A stretch of DNA of 64,000 nucleotides, from sequence record OQ174500.1. One strand, given 5' to 3'. The first letter of the stretch is position 1. Every line of letters begins with the position of its first letter. The notes below the pieces were generated by a model, which saw nothing but the letters and a program-made list of their open reading frames with translations, was not told the origin of the DNA and searched no databases. The translations under genes and the position numbers were made by a program. This stretch comes from Escherichia phage REP1. Positions 37,559 to 47,143 of this stretch are shown piece after piece.

Positions 37559-38077
37559 ATGGCTTACTTTAATGAATGTGCTCATTTGATCGAAGGTGTT
37601 GATAAAGCAAATCGTGCATATGCTGAGAATATTATGCACAATATTGACCCACTGCAGGTTATGCTTGATATGCAGCGGCATTTACAGATTCGTTTGGCTA
37701 ATGATAAACCAGAAACAAATCGTCATCCTGATTCACTTGAAACTGCAGGAGAAGTTCTTGCTTGGTTGCGAAACCAAGACGATTATATCGCAGATGAAAC
37801 TCGCGAGCTATATACTTCTCTTGGTGGTATGAGTAATGGTGAAAAAGAAGCTTCTGCCGTATGGAAACCTTGGAAGAAACGTTATTCTGAAATGCAATCC
37901 AAGAAAATTCAAGACTTATCTCCTGAAGATCAGCTTGAAATTAAATTTGAACTGATTGACCAATTTCACTTTTTCATGAATAAATTTATTGCTCTTGGAA
38001 TGTCAGCTGAAGAAATCTTTAAACTTTATTACCTGAAAAATGCTGAAAACTTCGCTCGTCAAGACCGAGGTTATTAA
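37559..38077 (+). CDS. 56: dCTP/dCDP pyrophosphatase gp56
   Basis: 172 aa from ATG 37559; MazG-like acidic helical protein; track start 37481 lies on top of the antisense ORF and promoter. Confidence 0.65.
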   Translation: MAYFNECAHLIEGVDKANRAYAENIMHNIDPLQVMLDMQRHLQIRLANDKPETNRHPDSLETAGEVLAWLRNQDDYIADETRELYTSLGGMSNGEKEASAVWKPWKKRYSEMQSKKIQDLSPEDQLEIKFELIDQFHFFMNKFIALGMSAEEIFKLYYLKNAENFARQDRGY

Positions 38078-38271
38078 TGGCTCGTTTAAATAAGCGTCAG
38101 CTTAAGAAAGCTCATAAGAAACGTATTGACCAACTATTTAAAGATTATGACAAGGAGCTCGTGTGTGAGCTCTTAACTAATCAACTTCGTATGGTTGAAG
38201 TTATAGAAGGTCCTGACGAAATTTTTGTCAGTGAAGAAGCTTTAAAATTAATTATAGAGCATTCAAAATGA
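38077..38271 (+). CDS. hypothetical small protein
   Basis: 64-codon ORF, ATGA overlap with gene 56. Confidence 0.5.
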   Translation: MARLNKRQLKKAHKKRIDQLFKDYDKELVCELLTNQLRMVEVIEGPDEIFVSEEALKLIIEHSK

Positions 38272-38441
38272 AAATATCCAAAGAAGAATTTATTAGACGT
38301 CAAAAAGCTTTAATTAATTTACACGAGTGGTATGCTTATCAACTTAAAGTAGATAGCTCTAATATAAATGCTGTAATGGCTTTATATAAACAAATTCAAG
38401 ATGAACACGAATTCCTGGCACAAGTTTTCATTGAAGACTGA
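38268..38441 (+). CDS. hypothetical small protein
   Basis: 57 aa, ATGA overlap with the upstream gene; not in the ORF track. Confidence 0.4.
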   Translation: MKISKEEFIRRQKALINLHEWYAYQLKVDSSNINAVMALYKQIQDEHEFLAQVFIED

Positions 38442-38449
38442 TATAAATA
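38442..38449 (+). promoter_or_regulatory. late promoter (TATAAATA) for soc
   Basis: Exact TATAAATA 32 nt upstream of the soc ATG. Confidence 0.65.
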
Positions 38450-38480
38450 CACCTGTAATTAAACAATAAAGGAGTTTATT

Positions 38481-38717
38481 ATGGGTGGTTTCGTTAACAT
38501 CAAGACCTTTACTCATCCAGCAGGTGAAGGCAAAGAAGTTAAAGGTATGGAAGTTTCTGTAGCATTTGATGTATATTCAAATGAACACCGTATTGCAGAT
38601 TCTCATTATCAAATCTTTCCGTCAGAAAAAGCAGCTTATTCTGATGTAGTTTCCGATGCAGCAACTTGGAAAACTAAGAATGCTGCAATGTTTACACCTA
38701 CAGAAATAGGTGGTTAA
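38481..38717 (+). CDS. soc: small outer capsid protein
   Basis: 78 aa; VNIKTF...VSVAF...HYQIFPSEKAAYS resembles recalled T4 Soc. Confidence 0.75.
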   Translation: MGGFVNIKTFTHPAGEGKEVKGMEVSVAFDVYSNEHRIADSHYQIFPSEKAAYSDVVSDAATWKTKNAAMFTPTEIGG

Positions 38718-38725
38718 TAATTCAA

Positions 38726-38748
38726 GGACTCCTTCGGGAGTCCTTTTT
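38726..38748 (+). terminator. UUCG-tetraloop hairpin with T-run
   Basis: ggactcc-ttcg-ggagtcc then tttttc. Confidence 0.6.
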
Positions 38749-38758
38749 CATTTTACTG

Positions 38759-38788
38759 GTTTACTTTCCAAAATGAGTATGGTATAAT
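38759..38788 (+). promoter_or_regulatory. T4-type early promoter
   Basis: GTTTAC, 18 bp, TGGTATAAT. Confidence 0.6.
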
Positions 38789-38814
38789 AGAATTATCTTA
38801 TAGAGGAGAGTACT

Positions 38815-39021
38815 ATGTTAAATCGTTGGATTAAACCAAATGAAGATTTAGATATTATCATTTCACGGCATGTAATGAAGAAATATGAACTGCAGCCATG
38901 GTCTACAGAAGTTGTTGTGCACTCATTTATGATGTACGCAGATGGTTCTGTCGAATTTAATGCAGAGATTCGATATGATTATGGCGAAAAGCAAGTCGAA
39001 TTCAAGAGAGGCTTTTTGTAA
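38815..39021 (+). CDS. hypothetical small protein
   Basis: 68-codon ORF with GAGGAGAG RBS. Confidence 0.5.
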   Translation: MLNRWIKPNEDLDIIISRHVMKKYELQPWSTEVVVHSFMMYADGSVEFNAEIRYDYGEKQVEFKRGFL

Positions 39022-39362
39022 TGTTTATCTTTAATTGGTTTAAAAGTTTCTTTACGGATTTTTTCTCTACAACTCCGGGGGAAGGTGTAGTTCCTATTTC
39101 AAATGACTACCTTCCTTTAACTGTAGTTGAGTATGTTTATATGGGAGATGGAACAGTAGAAGCAGTCACTATGACTTATGAAGAAGCCCAAGAATATTAT
39201 AAAAATCCTTGGCGCTGGTCAGTACCTACTACATCATCTAACACACAGAATACACAGTCTAGTTCTGATTCATATGACACTAATGTTCCTGTTCATGTAT
39301 GGACGGGCGATTCGTGTGGAAGTTCTTGCGATTCTAGTTGTTCATCTACATCTTGTGATTGA
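39021..39362 (+). CDS. hypothetical protein with Ser/Cys-rich C-terminal tail
   Basis: 113 aa; tail [18 protein letters not shown]. Confidence 0.5.
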   Translation: MFIFNWFKSFFTDFFSTTPGEGVVPISNDYLPLTVVEYVYMGDGTVEAVTMTYEEAQEYYKNPWRWSVPTTSSNTQNTQSSSDSYDTNVPVHVWTGDSCGSSCDSSCSSTSCD

Positions 39363-39370
39363 GGAAAATT

Positions 39371-39856
39371 ATGGAAGCGATTTTGTTTGAAATGTATATT
39401 AGCAGTAATAGTATGTCGTTTGCTAAAGACGTTCCAATTACCGTAGCAGTAATGATTGATAAGGGTTATTGTGACCCAATGTATCTCGTAGAAAATTTTG
39501 TTTCAATGCCAGTTCCAGAAGATGCTGAAATAAAACTTAAAAAGATCGGAATTATTGAAACTGTACCAAATATTCCGTTTAGAGCAATTGAAGCATTTAC
39601 TAAATCCGAATACATTAATGTTAGCGCAGAACAATATAATGATAAACCTTTATCTTTCTATTCGTATGATTCAGTATATAGCTGGAAAATAGATAAAGGA
39701 AATAAATTTATAATTGTGAGTGAAGATGCTTTATCATACTTTATTTCTTCTGTATGGAATAGTTTACATCCAAATTTGCTAAAAATTCATGAATTTGATG
39801 ATGCTCCTACTGTTGTTTTAGGTAAAACAAATGAAAGTTCTGAAGAAAATGCTTGA
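39371..39856 (+). CDS. hypothetical protein
   Basis: 161 aa from ATG 39371 with GAGGAAAATT RBS; track start 39359 is TTG. Confidence 0.55.
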   Translation: MEAILFEMYISSNSMSFAKDVPITVAVMIDKGYCDPMYLVENFVSMPVPEDAEIKLKKIGIIETVPNIPFRAIEAFTKSEYINVSAEQYNDKPLSFYSYDSVYSWKIDKGNKFIIVSEDALSYFISSVWNSLHPNLLKIHEFDDAPTVVLGKTNESSEENA

Positions 39857-40034
39857 ATGGTTCAGTAGACCAAACTCAATGTACATTGATGATGGCTGGG
39901 TTGAACAAGCAAATAAAGAAATGCAGAACGAATCAGAAGAATGGATGAAATCAATGATTAGTGCTGAGAAAGAAAAGAAATTAGAACGCTCAGCGCTTAA
40001 ATTGATGAGAGACATCTATGGTGATAAATCATGA
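39831..40034 (+). CDS. hypothetical small protein
   Basis: 67-codon ORF; alternative start ATG 39849. Confidence 0.4.
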   Translation: MKVLKKMLEWFSRPNSMYIDDGWVEQANKEMQNESEEWMKSMISAEKEKKLERSALKLMRDIYGDKS

Positions 40035-40195
40035 TCAAAGATATGACGTTGGAAGAGGCAAAGGCTAAAGCAAATGAAGCCTTGGATTTGCTTCTTAAAA
40101 TTGGCAGTAAAATGATGGAAGAAAATGAAAAATACATTCAGGAAAATAAAATTCCTGACGGTCCATTAGTAGGCAAAAGGAAATCACATGATTGA
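40031..40195 (+). CDS. hypothetical small protein
   Basis: 54 aa; ATGA overlap upstream; not in the ORF track. Confidence 0.35.
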   Translation: MIKDMTLEEAKAKANEALDLLLKIGSKMMEENEKYIQENKIPDGPLVGKRKSHD

Positions 40196-40658
40196 AGTAG
40201 CAAAATTATATTCAATAGAATTTATGTCTAAAGAAGGTAAATCAGTAAATACACTTGATAAAAAATGCTCGTTAATTATTCCTTTAGCAGAAAATCCGGA
40301 TATTTTAATTAAAGATATAAAAGAAAGAAAATATCCAGAAAATGTTATTCTAATTATAAAGCATACTGAAGATATTTTGCAGAATACAGATTCACCATTT
40401 TCTTCTTCTGAAGCTTTAACTATTAAAGGCTATAAAAGAGCTCATGAATATGGTCTTTTTGACATGTTTGAAGACGATAAAGTTAAATTAGCGAGTCAAC
40501 CTTCTAAAAGTAAAACATTCATTATTGAAGATATTAAAGATATAAATGCATTTGTTAGGATGGTCTGGGCTCATTTTGATGTTGGACTACGCTGGAGAAT
40601 GTCCGAAGAAGAAAGAAAGATTATTGAAGCTAATCGTCAATTTGGTTTTTATCGCTAG
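40188..40658 (+). CDS. hypothetical protein
   Basis: 156-codon ORF. Confidence 0.55.
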   Translation: MIEVAKLYSIEFMSKEGKSVNTLDKKCSLIIPLAENPDILIKDIKERKYPENVILIIKHTEDILQNTDSPFSSSEALTIKGYKRAHEYGLFDMFEDDKVKLASQPSKSKTFIIEDIKDINAFVRMVWAHFDVGLRWRMSEEERKIIEANRQFGFYR

Positions 40659-40666
40659 GAATTAGT

Positions 40667-40849
40667 ATGGATTTATTTGAGATGTTAGAAGATAATCATT
40701 CTACGAATATCCAGAATGATTCTAGTGATTATAAGAAAGAATACCGTATAGTATTACAGAATTATGGAATTGAAGCCCCAGATGCTCTTCTAGAAGAACT
40801 AGCTTCATACCATCTTGACCCTCCGCCTTGGGCTCCCTGGGCAAAATAA
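40667..40849 (+). CDS. hypothetical small acidic protein
   Basis: 60-codon ORF. Confidence 0.45.
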   Translation: MDLFEMLEDNHSTNIQNDSSDYKKEYRIVLQNYGIEAPDALLEELASYHLDPPPWAPWAK

Positions 40850-40860
40850 TTCAAAAAGTT

Positions 40861-40890
40861 GTTTACTTTCCTTTCTAACGATGATATGAT
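40861..40890 (+). promoter_or_regulatory. T4-type early promoter
   Basis: GTTTAC, 18 bp, TATGAT. Confidence 0.5.
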
Positions 40891-40916
40891 AGCTTCTGAA
40901 GTATACGGAGGCTATC

Positions 40917-41540
40917 ATGATTATTAATCTTGCAGATGTTGAACAGTTATCTATAAAAGCTGAAAGCGTTGATTTTCAATATGATATGTATAAAAAGGTC
41001 TGTGAAAAATTTACTGACTTTGAGCAGTCTGTTCTTTGGCAATGTATGGAAGCTAAAAAGAATGAAGCTCTTCATCGGCAGTTGAATAAAATCGTTAAAA
41101 AGCATTTAACTAAATCACCTTATCAGTTATATCGCGGTATATCAAAATCGACAAAAGAACTTATTAAAGATTTACAGGTTGGAGAAGTGTTTTCAACGAA
41201 CAGGGTAGATTCATTTACTACTAGTTTGCATACAGCGTGTTCTTTTTCTTATGCTGAATATTTCACTGAAACAATACTTCGTTTAAAAACTGATAAAGCT
41301 TTTAATTATTCTGACCATATCAGCGATATTATACTTTCTTCTCCTAATACTGAGTTTAAGTATACATATGAAGACACTGATGGATTAGATTCAGAAAGAA
41401 CTGATAACTTAATGATGATTGTACATGAACAAGAATGGATGATTCCAATTGGAAAGTATAAAATAACTTCTATTTCAAAAGAAAAATTACACGATTCATT
41501 TGGAACATTTAAAGTTTATGATATTGAGGTAGTTGAATGA
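40917..41540 (+). CDS. modB: ADP-ribosyltransferase ModB
   Basis: 207 aa; R-S-E ART signature (LYRG, STS, EQEWMIP); paralog of the next gene. Confidence 0.7.
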   Translation: MIINLADVEQLSIKAESVDFQYDMYKKVCEKFTDFEQSVLWQCMEAKKNEALHRQLNKIVKKHLTKSPYQLYRGISKSTKELIKDLQVGEVFSTNRVDSFTTSLHTACSFSYAEYFTETILRLKTDKAFNYSDHISDIILSSPNTEFKYTYEDTDGLDSERTDNLMMIVHEQEWMIPIGKYKITSISKEKLHDSFGTFKVYDIEVVE

Positions 41541-42139
41541 AATACTCAGTAATGCAACTAAAAGATTTTAAAATAAAATCAATGGATGCATCGGTGCGTG
41601 CTTCTATTCGTGAAGAATTACTTTCTGAAGGGTTTAATTTATCTGAAATTGAACTTTTAATTCATTGTATTACCAACAAACCAGATGACCATACTTGGTT
41701 AAATGAAATAATCAAATCTCGTTTGGTTCCAAACGATAAACCTCTTTGGAGAGGTGTTCCAGTCGAGACTAAGCAGGTGTTAAATCAAGGAATTGATATT
41801 ATTACATTTGATAAAGTCGTATCAGCTTCATATGATAAAAATATAGCTCTACATTTTGCTTCCGGTTTAGAGTATAACACACAGGTTATTTTTGAATTCA
41901 AAGCTCCTATGGTATTCAATTTCCAGGAGTATGCTATAAAAGCTCTACGCTGTAAAGAATACAATCCAAACTTTAAGTTTCCGGATAGCCATCGTTATCG
42001 TAATATGGAATTAGTTTCAGATGAACAAGAAGTAATGATACCAGCTGGAAGTGTATTTAAAATTGCAGATAGATATGAGTACAAAAAGTATTCAACATAC
42101 ACTATCTATACTCTTGATTTTGAAGGATTTAATCTATAA
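41537..42139 (+). CDS. modA: ADP-ribosyltransferase ModA
   Basis: 200 aa; LWRG, SAS, EQEVMIP; ATGA overlap with modB. Confidence 0.7.
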   Translation: MKYSVMQLKDFKIKSMDASVRASIREELLSEGFNLSEIELLIHCITNKPDDHTWLNEIIKSRLVPNDKPLWRGVPVETKQVLNQGIDIITFDKVVSASYDKNIALHFASGLEYNTQVIFEFKAPMVFNFQEYAIKALRCKEYNPNFKFPDSHRYRNMELVSDEQEVMIPAGSVFKIADRYEYKKYSTYTIYTLDFEGFNL

Positions 42140-42195
42140 TGGAAGGACTTAGATTCATTATACCATGAAATTTTTAAAGCATTTTTACATAAAGT

Positions 42196-42227
42196 TGTTT
42201 ACAATCTGAAGTAAAAATGTTATAGTA
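42196..42227 (+). promoter_or_regulatory. T4-type early promoter
   Basis: GTTTAC with TGTTATAGT -10 region. Confidence 0.5.
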
Positions 42228-42264
42228 TAAGTAGTTAACCCGTCCGTGAGAAAAATAGAAAAAT

Positions 42265-43011
42265 ATGAAACTGACTAATAATCAAATTCGTAAAATTAAA
42301 CGTCGTTTAGAGCACACTCAGGCATCTGCAAAAAGACGTTCTAAAGATTTTAACTTAGACTTCAATTACATTAAGAATATTTTAGATCAAAAAGTTTGTG
42401 CCTATTCAGGAGAACCTTTTGATAATCGTATTGAAGGAGAGAAATTATCATTAGAACGTTTTGATAATAACATTGGATACATTAAAGGGAATGTTATTGC
42501 AGTAAAGAAAAAGTATAATACATTTCGTTCTGATTACACTTTAGAAGAGTTGATTGAAAAGCGTGATTTATTTGCTTTGCGAATTGGTCGTTCATCTGCG
42601 AAAAAAGTTCATAAACTAAATTTAGATGAAAAGAAATGGGCTAAAATCAAAAAGACTTATAATCAAATTAAAGCTATACAGAAAAAACGTGAAAACCGAA
42701 TTGAACACATTTCTCAGCTTTCTAAATCAAAACAGACCTCTGACATTAAGCTAAGGATTATAGCACTTAAAGCTCGTATTGATGGTTCTCGCATAGCAGA
42801 AGGCGCTGAAGTTGTTAAACTGAACGTTCTTCTTAAAGGCTCGGATTGGAAAATTGTGAAAAAGTTGTCAGAAGCAGAAATGCAATATGATATGTGTGAT
42901 AAAATTATTCAAGGTGTAGAGCGGTATCAAAACTTGTCTTTTATTGATAAACTTAAACTGAAAAGAGGATACCCGCTAAATTGTTCAATTTTTAAACTTA
43001 TCCGAGGATAA
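42265..43011 (+). CDS. srd: Srd-like protein
   Basis: 248 aa basic protein; position between modA and dda. Confidence 0.5.
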   Translation: MKLTNNQIRKIKRRLEHTQASAKRRSKDFNLDFNYIKNILDQKVCAYSGEPFDNRIEGEKLSLERFDNNIGYIKGNVIAVKKKYNTFRSDYTLEELIEKRDLFALRIGRSSAKKVHKLNLDEKKWAKIKKTYNQIKAIQKKRENRIEHISQLSKSKQTSDIKLRIIALKARIDGSRIAEGAEVVKLNVLLKGSDWKIVKKLSEAEMQYDMCDKIIQGVERYQNLSFIDKLKLKRGYPLNCSIFKLIRG

Positions 43012-43012
43012 T

Positions 43013-43324
43013 ATGGTTTATGTATATGCGATAGTTTACCGAGACAAAGACGGATTTACTGCGCCAGTTCCACTTGATGAACATCGTCCTGCTGTGTTTT
43101 TTGAAAGAGAGATTGCTGATAGAGTTTTTACTACTCTCAAAGACCAATATCGACTAGCTTTAGGTATGGGAATTCCAAGACTAGTTGAGACTCCACGCAA
43201 GTTTTGGTTTAATAAAATAGAAGTTAAACATGTTAAGCCTGATGTAGATACACAAAGATTATATCAACGAATTCTAGATACTGGGCGTATTGTTAGTATT
43301 CCAATTGCAGGGACTTTCCGATGA
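43013..43324 (+). CDS. hypothetical protein (dda.1 position)
   Basis: 103-codon ORF, ATGA overlap with dda. Confidence 0.55.
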   Translation: MVYVYAIVYRDKDGFTAPVPLDEHRPAVFFEREIADRVFTTLKDQYRLALGMGIPRLVETPRKFWFNKIEVKHVKPDVDTQRLYQRILDTGRIVSIPIAGTFR

Positions 43325-44640
43325 CATTTGATGATTTGACAGAAGGCCAGAAAAATGCCTTTAACATCGTTATGAGGGCTATTAAAGAAAAGAAACATCA
43401 TGTAACTATTAATGGACCTGCTGGTACTGGTAAGACTACTCTTACTAAGTTCATCATTGAAGCTTTAATATCAACAGGCGAAACTGGTATCATTTTGGCA
43501 GCTCCTACACATGCAGCTAAAAAGATTCTTTCAAAACTGTCGGGGAAAGAAGCGAGTACTATTCACAGTATTCTTAAAATTAACCCAGTTACGTATGAAG
43601 AAAACGTTCTTTTTGAACAGAAGGAAGTACCAGATTTAGCTAAATGCAGGGTATTAATCTGCGACGAAGTGTCAATGTATGATAGAAAGCTATTTAAAAT
43701 TCTGCTTTCAACTATTCCACCTTGGTGTACTATAATTGGAATAGGTGATAATAAGCAAATTAGACCTGTTGATCCAGGAGAAAATACTGCTTATATCAGT
43801 CCATTCTTTACACACAAAGATTTTTATCAGTGTGAACTTACTGAAGTTAAACGCAGTAATGCTCCTATTATTGATGTAGCTACTGATGTTCGCAACGGTA
43901 AGTGGATTTATGATAAAGTTGTTGACGGGCATGGAGTACGTGGATTTACTGGTGATACCGCTTTACGCGATTTTATGGTAAATTATTTTTCAATCGTAAA
44001 ATCATTAGATGATTTGTTTGAAAATCGCGTAATGGCATTTACGAATAAATCTGTTGACAAGTTAAATAGCATTATTCGTAAAAAGATTTTTGAAACTGAT
44101 AAAGATTTTATTGTTGGTGAAATTATTGTAATGCAGGAACCATTAATTAAAACATATAAAATTGATGGAAAGCCTGTGTCAGAAATTATTTTTAATAACG
44201 GACAATTAGTTCGTATTATAGAAGCAGAGTATACATCAACGTTTGTTAAAGCTCGTGGTGTTACTGGAGAATACTTAATTCGTCATTGGGATTTAACAGT
44301 AGAAACTTATGGCGATGATGAATATTATCGTGAAAAGATTAAAATAATTTCATCTGATGAAGAGCTATATAAGTTTAACCTGTTTTTAGGTAAAACGGCA
44401 GAAACTTATAAAAATTGGAACAAAGGCGGAAAAGCTCCGTGGAGTGATTTTTGGGATGCTAAATCACAGTTTAGTAAAGTGAAAGCACTTCCTGCATCAA
44501 CATTCCATAAAGCTCAGGGTATGTCTGTAGACCGTGCTTTCATTTATACGCCTTGTATTCATTATGCAGATGCTGAACTAGCTCAACAACTTCTTTATGT
44601 TGGTGTAACACGTGGTCGTTATGATGTATTTTATGTGTGA
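43321..44640 (+). CDS. dda: SF1 DNA helicase Dda
   Basis: 439 aa; Walker A GPAGTGKTT, Walker B LICDEVSM. Confidence 0.9.
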   Translation: MTFDDLTEGQKNAFNIVMRAIKEKKHHVTINGPAGTGKTTLTKFIIEALISTGETGIILAAPTHAAKKILSKLSGKEASTIHSILKINPVTYEENVLFEQKEVPDLAKCRVLICDEVSMYDRKLFKILLSTIPPWCTIIGIGDNKQIRPVDPGENTAYISPFFTHKDFYQCELTEVKRSNAPIIDVATDVRNGKWIYDKVVDGHGVRGFTGDTALRDFMVNYFSIVKSLDDLFENRVMAFTNKSVDKLNSIIRKKIFETDKDFIVGEIIVMQEPLIKTYKIDGKPVSEIIFNNGQLVRIIEAEYTSTFVKARGVTGEYLIRHWDLTVETYGDDEYYREKIKIISSDEELYKFNLFLGKTAETYKNWNKGGKAPWSDFWDAKSQFSKVKALPASTFHKAQGMSVDRAFIYTPCIHYADAELAQQLLYVGVTRGRYDVFYV

Positions 44641-44646
44641 GGCTAT

Positions 44647-44907
44647 ATGATTAACATCAATTCAAAATATTTAAATCGTCTAATAGATGGTATAAGGAAG
44701 CATACTAATAAGCAAGATAATCTCGATGTTATGGTAACAGGAGCTGAGCTCCTTCATAAGCTTTATCTTATAAGTGATACTATATTAGCAATTAAACGAA
44801 TTGAAAAACAATCATATCACAGTAATACAGATACGGTAATTACACTAGATGAAAGTGTCTGTAAATTACTAATTAAATTTGAGGAAGCTATTCGTGGAAA
44901 TAACTAA
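44647..44907 (+). CDS. hypothetical protein (tandem paralog 1 of 3)
   Basis: 86 aa; shared pattern with the next two ORFs. Confidence 0.5.
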   Translation: MININSKYLNRLIDGIRKHTNKQDNLDVMVTGAELLHKLYLISDTILAIKRIEKQSYHSNTDTVITLDESVCKLLIKFEEAIRGNN

Positions 44908-45139
44908 AGATCAGTTTTATCTTCTTCAGGATAAAGTTAGCGAAATTTATGAAATTGCTCATGGTAAAAATCGTGAAACTGTAAAAATTGAATCTAGTAA
45001 GTTGATGCTTCAATTAGAAGAAATTGAACGAGATTTAATTGCGTTAGAATTCTTTTGCGGTGAAGTGAAAACTGTTACAATTAATGATTATGTTTTAGGC
45101 GAAATTAGCTATCTTTATGAGGCGATTATTAATGATTGA
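44879..45139 (+). CDS. hypothetical protein (tandem paralog 2 of 3)
   Basis: 86 aa; overlaps neighbours. Confidence 0.5.
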   Translation: MRKLFVEITKDQFYLLQDKVSEIYEIAHGKNRETVKIESSKLMLQLEEIERDLIALEFFCGEVKTVTINDYVLGEISYLYEAIIND

Positions 45140-45374
45140 ATTAAGTTGGTACCAATTTAAATCTCTTATGACAAATGTTAAAGCTGTCATTGAAGAAAAT
45201 TCAGGACCTGATAATGTTACTATTCGCGAAAAAGCTTTAAAGATAGTATACAGTCTTGAAGAGATACAAAAAGATATTGAATCTATGGCAAAATTTATTG
45301 ATGAGCCTATTAATAAAGTTTATATTCAAGACTATACTGTAGGTCAAATTCGCGATTTAGCAAGGAAAATTTAA
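45117..45374 (+). CDS. hypothetical protein (tandem paralog 3 of 3)
   Basis: 85 aa; similar to the previous ORF (LEEIE/QKDI, DY-x-GQI). Confidence 0.5.
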   Translation: MRRLLMIELSWYQFKSLMTNVKAVIEENSGPDNVTIREKALKIVYSLEEIQKDIESMAKFIDEPINKVYIQDYTVGQIRDLARKI

Positions 45375-46057
45375 TGTTTGATTTTATTATAGATTTTGAA
45401 ACAATGGGAAGTGGTGAAAAAGCAGCTGTTATTGATTTGGCTGTAATTGCTTTTGACCCTAATCCAGAAGTCGTTGAAACATTTGATGAATTAGTTTCAC
45501 GTGGCATTAAAATCAAATTTGATTTAAAAAGCCAAAAAGGACATCGTCTTTTTACTAAAAGCACTATCGAATGGTGGAAGAATCAATCCCCTGAAGCTCG
45601 AAAAAATATTGCGCCATCAGATGAAGATGTAAGCACTATCGATGGTATTGCAAAATTTAATGATTACATCAATGCGCATAATATCGATCCTTGGAAATCT
45701 CAAGGCTGGTGCCGTGGAATGTCGTTTGATTTTCCAATTTTAGTCGATCTCATTCGCGATATTCAACGTCTTAACGGCGTTTCCGAGAATGAGCTTGATA
45801 CATTTAAGTTAGAACCGTGTAAATTCTGGAATCAGCGTGATATTCGTACCAGAATTGAAGCACTTCTCCTTGTTCGTGATATGACTACGTGTCCTCTTCC
45901 AAAAGGAACTTTAGATGGATTCGTTGCGCATGATTCCATTCATGACTGTGCGAAAGACATCCTGATGATGAAGTATGCTTTGCGCTATGCTATGGGTCTT
46001 GAAGATGCTCCGTCAGAGGAAGAGTGCGATCCTCTATCTCTTCCAACAAAACGATAA
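45374..46057 (+). CDS. dexA: exonuclease A
   Basis: 227 aa; DnaQ-like exonuclease motifs; size equals T4 DexA. Confidence 0.8.
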   Translation: MFDFIIDFETMGSGEKAAVIDLAVIAFDPNPEVVETFDELVSRGIKIKFDLKSQKGHRLFTKSTIEWWKNQSPEARKNIAPSDEDVSTIDGIAKFNDYINAHNIDPWKSQGWCRGMSFDFPILVDLIRDIQRLNGVSENELDTFKLEPCKFWNQRDIRTRIEALLLVRDMTTCPLPKGTLDGFVAHDSIHDCAKDILMMKYALRYAMGLEDAPSEEECDPLSLPTKR

Positions 46058-46063
46058 AAAGTT

Positions 46064-46093
46064 GTTTACTTCCTCGGTTAGTTGTGGTATTAT
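46064..46093 (+). promoter_or_regulatory. T4-type early promoter
   Basis: GTTTAC, 18 bp, GTGGTATTAT. Confidence 0.55.
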
Positions 46094-46120
46094 AACACCA
46101 TAGCTACTGAGGATAATAAA

Positions 46121-46624
46121 ATGAAAATTTATCGTGTTGAATCATCATTTAGTATTCTTAATTATGAAGATGCTATAACAATACGTCGAGATCTTTGTGT
46201 TCAAATAACTCCGTACAGGAGTATAATGGATTCATGGAGCGAAGAGTGGTTATTACACGTAGGTTATGACAGACCTAATTTTATGCATCATAGTAATGAT
46301 AATAAAAGAATTCCTCTTCCGCACGAAGACAAACTATTAGTTAAAAATGCTAATATAGCAATTAATACTAATTTTGAGAAAGAAGAATATGTAGGCGTAG
46401 ATCACTATATTCCAGGATGGTTTATAGCTCTTTATCATTTTGCTTTTGCTAGTGAATATGATATGATGAGATGGTTCACACGAGAAGAGCGTGAAGAATT
46501 AGCTTCTAAAGGATTTTATCTCGCTGTATACGAAGTACCTGAAGATAAAGTTATCATTGGTGGGCATCAAGTAATGTTCCGCAAGTCACATGCCGAATTA
46601 AAAGGCTTTATTACCTTAGATTAA
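46121..46624 (+). CDS. hypothetical protein (motB region)
   Basis: 167 aa from ATG 46121 with GAGGATAATAAA RBS. Confidence 0.5.
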   Translation: MKIYRVESSFSILNYEDAITIRRDLCVQITPYRSIMDSWSEEWLLHVGYDRPNFMHHSNDNKRIPLPHEDKLLVKNANIAINTNFEKEEYVGVDHYIPGWFIALYHFAFASEYDMMRWFTREEREELASKGFYLAVYEVPEDKVIIGGHQVMFRKSHAELKGFITLD

Positions 46625-46634
46625 AGAGAAAATT

Positions 46635-47072
46635 ATGATTAAAAATAATGCTGTTTATCAATTGAAAAAATTTGATGAAATTAAGAATTTTTCGGTACTG
46701 TCTAATACAGCTCATAATAAGTTTTGTGAACTTCTTGGTTTAACTGGCGGATATCCTTTTACTGTTATTAGTGTTAATAGCGGAATTCTTATCGGTATGA
46801 TGTATATTGAAATTAGAAACTATTATGGAATGGTATCACCGCTTATTATTTATGAAAAAGATTTTAGTCTATTGACAGAAATTGAAAAACCTGAAGATCC
46901 AACTGATCTGCTGTGTAAGGCAGTTTATATTCGTCGTCCATTCGCGAATCCTGTGGGTGGATGGGTGACTGATCAGTGGATTGAAGATGGTGTTGAACTT
47001 CTGAACGTAGTTCATGCTGGAGAGTACTCTGTAGTTCCTCGCAGCGCAGTGATTAATGTTCGTGTAAGCTAG
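46635..47072 (+). CDS. hypothetical protein (DQW-EDG family, member 1 of 3)
   Basis: 145 aa; C-terminal TDQWIEDGVELLNVVHAGEYSVVP. Confidence 0.55.
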   Translation: MIKNNAVYQLKKFDEIKNFSVLSNTAHNKFCELLGLTGGYPFTVISVNSGILIGMMYIEIRNYYGMVSPLIIYEKDFSLLTEIEKPEDPTDLLCKAVYIRRPFANPVGGWVTDQWIEDGVELLNVVHAGEYSVVPRSAVINVRVS

Positions 47073-47100
47073 TTTACAAACTCTTGGACCAGAGTATAAT
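47072..47100 (+). promoter_or_regulatory. T4-type early promoter
   Basis: GTTTAC overlapping the upstream stop, 17 bp, TATAAT; followed by a TATAAATC element at 47113. Confidence 0.55.
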
Positions 47101-47143
47101 GGTCCTGCGGAGTATAAATCTTAACAACAAAGAGAGAAAAATT

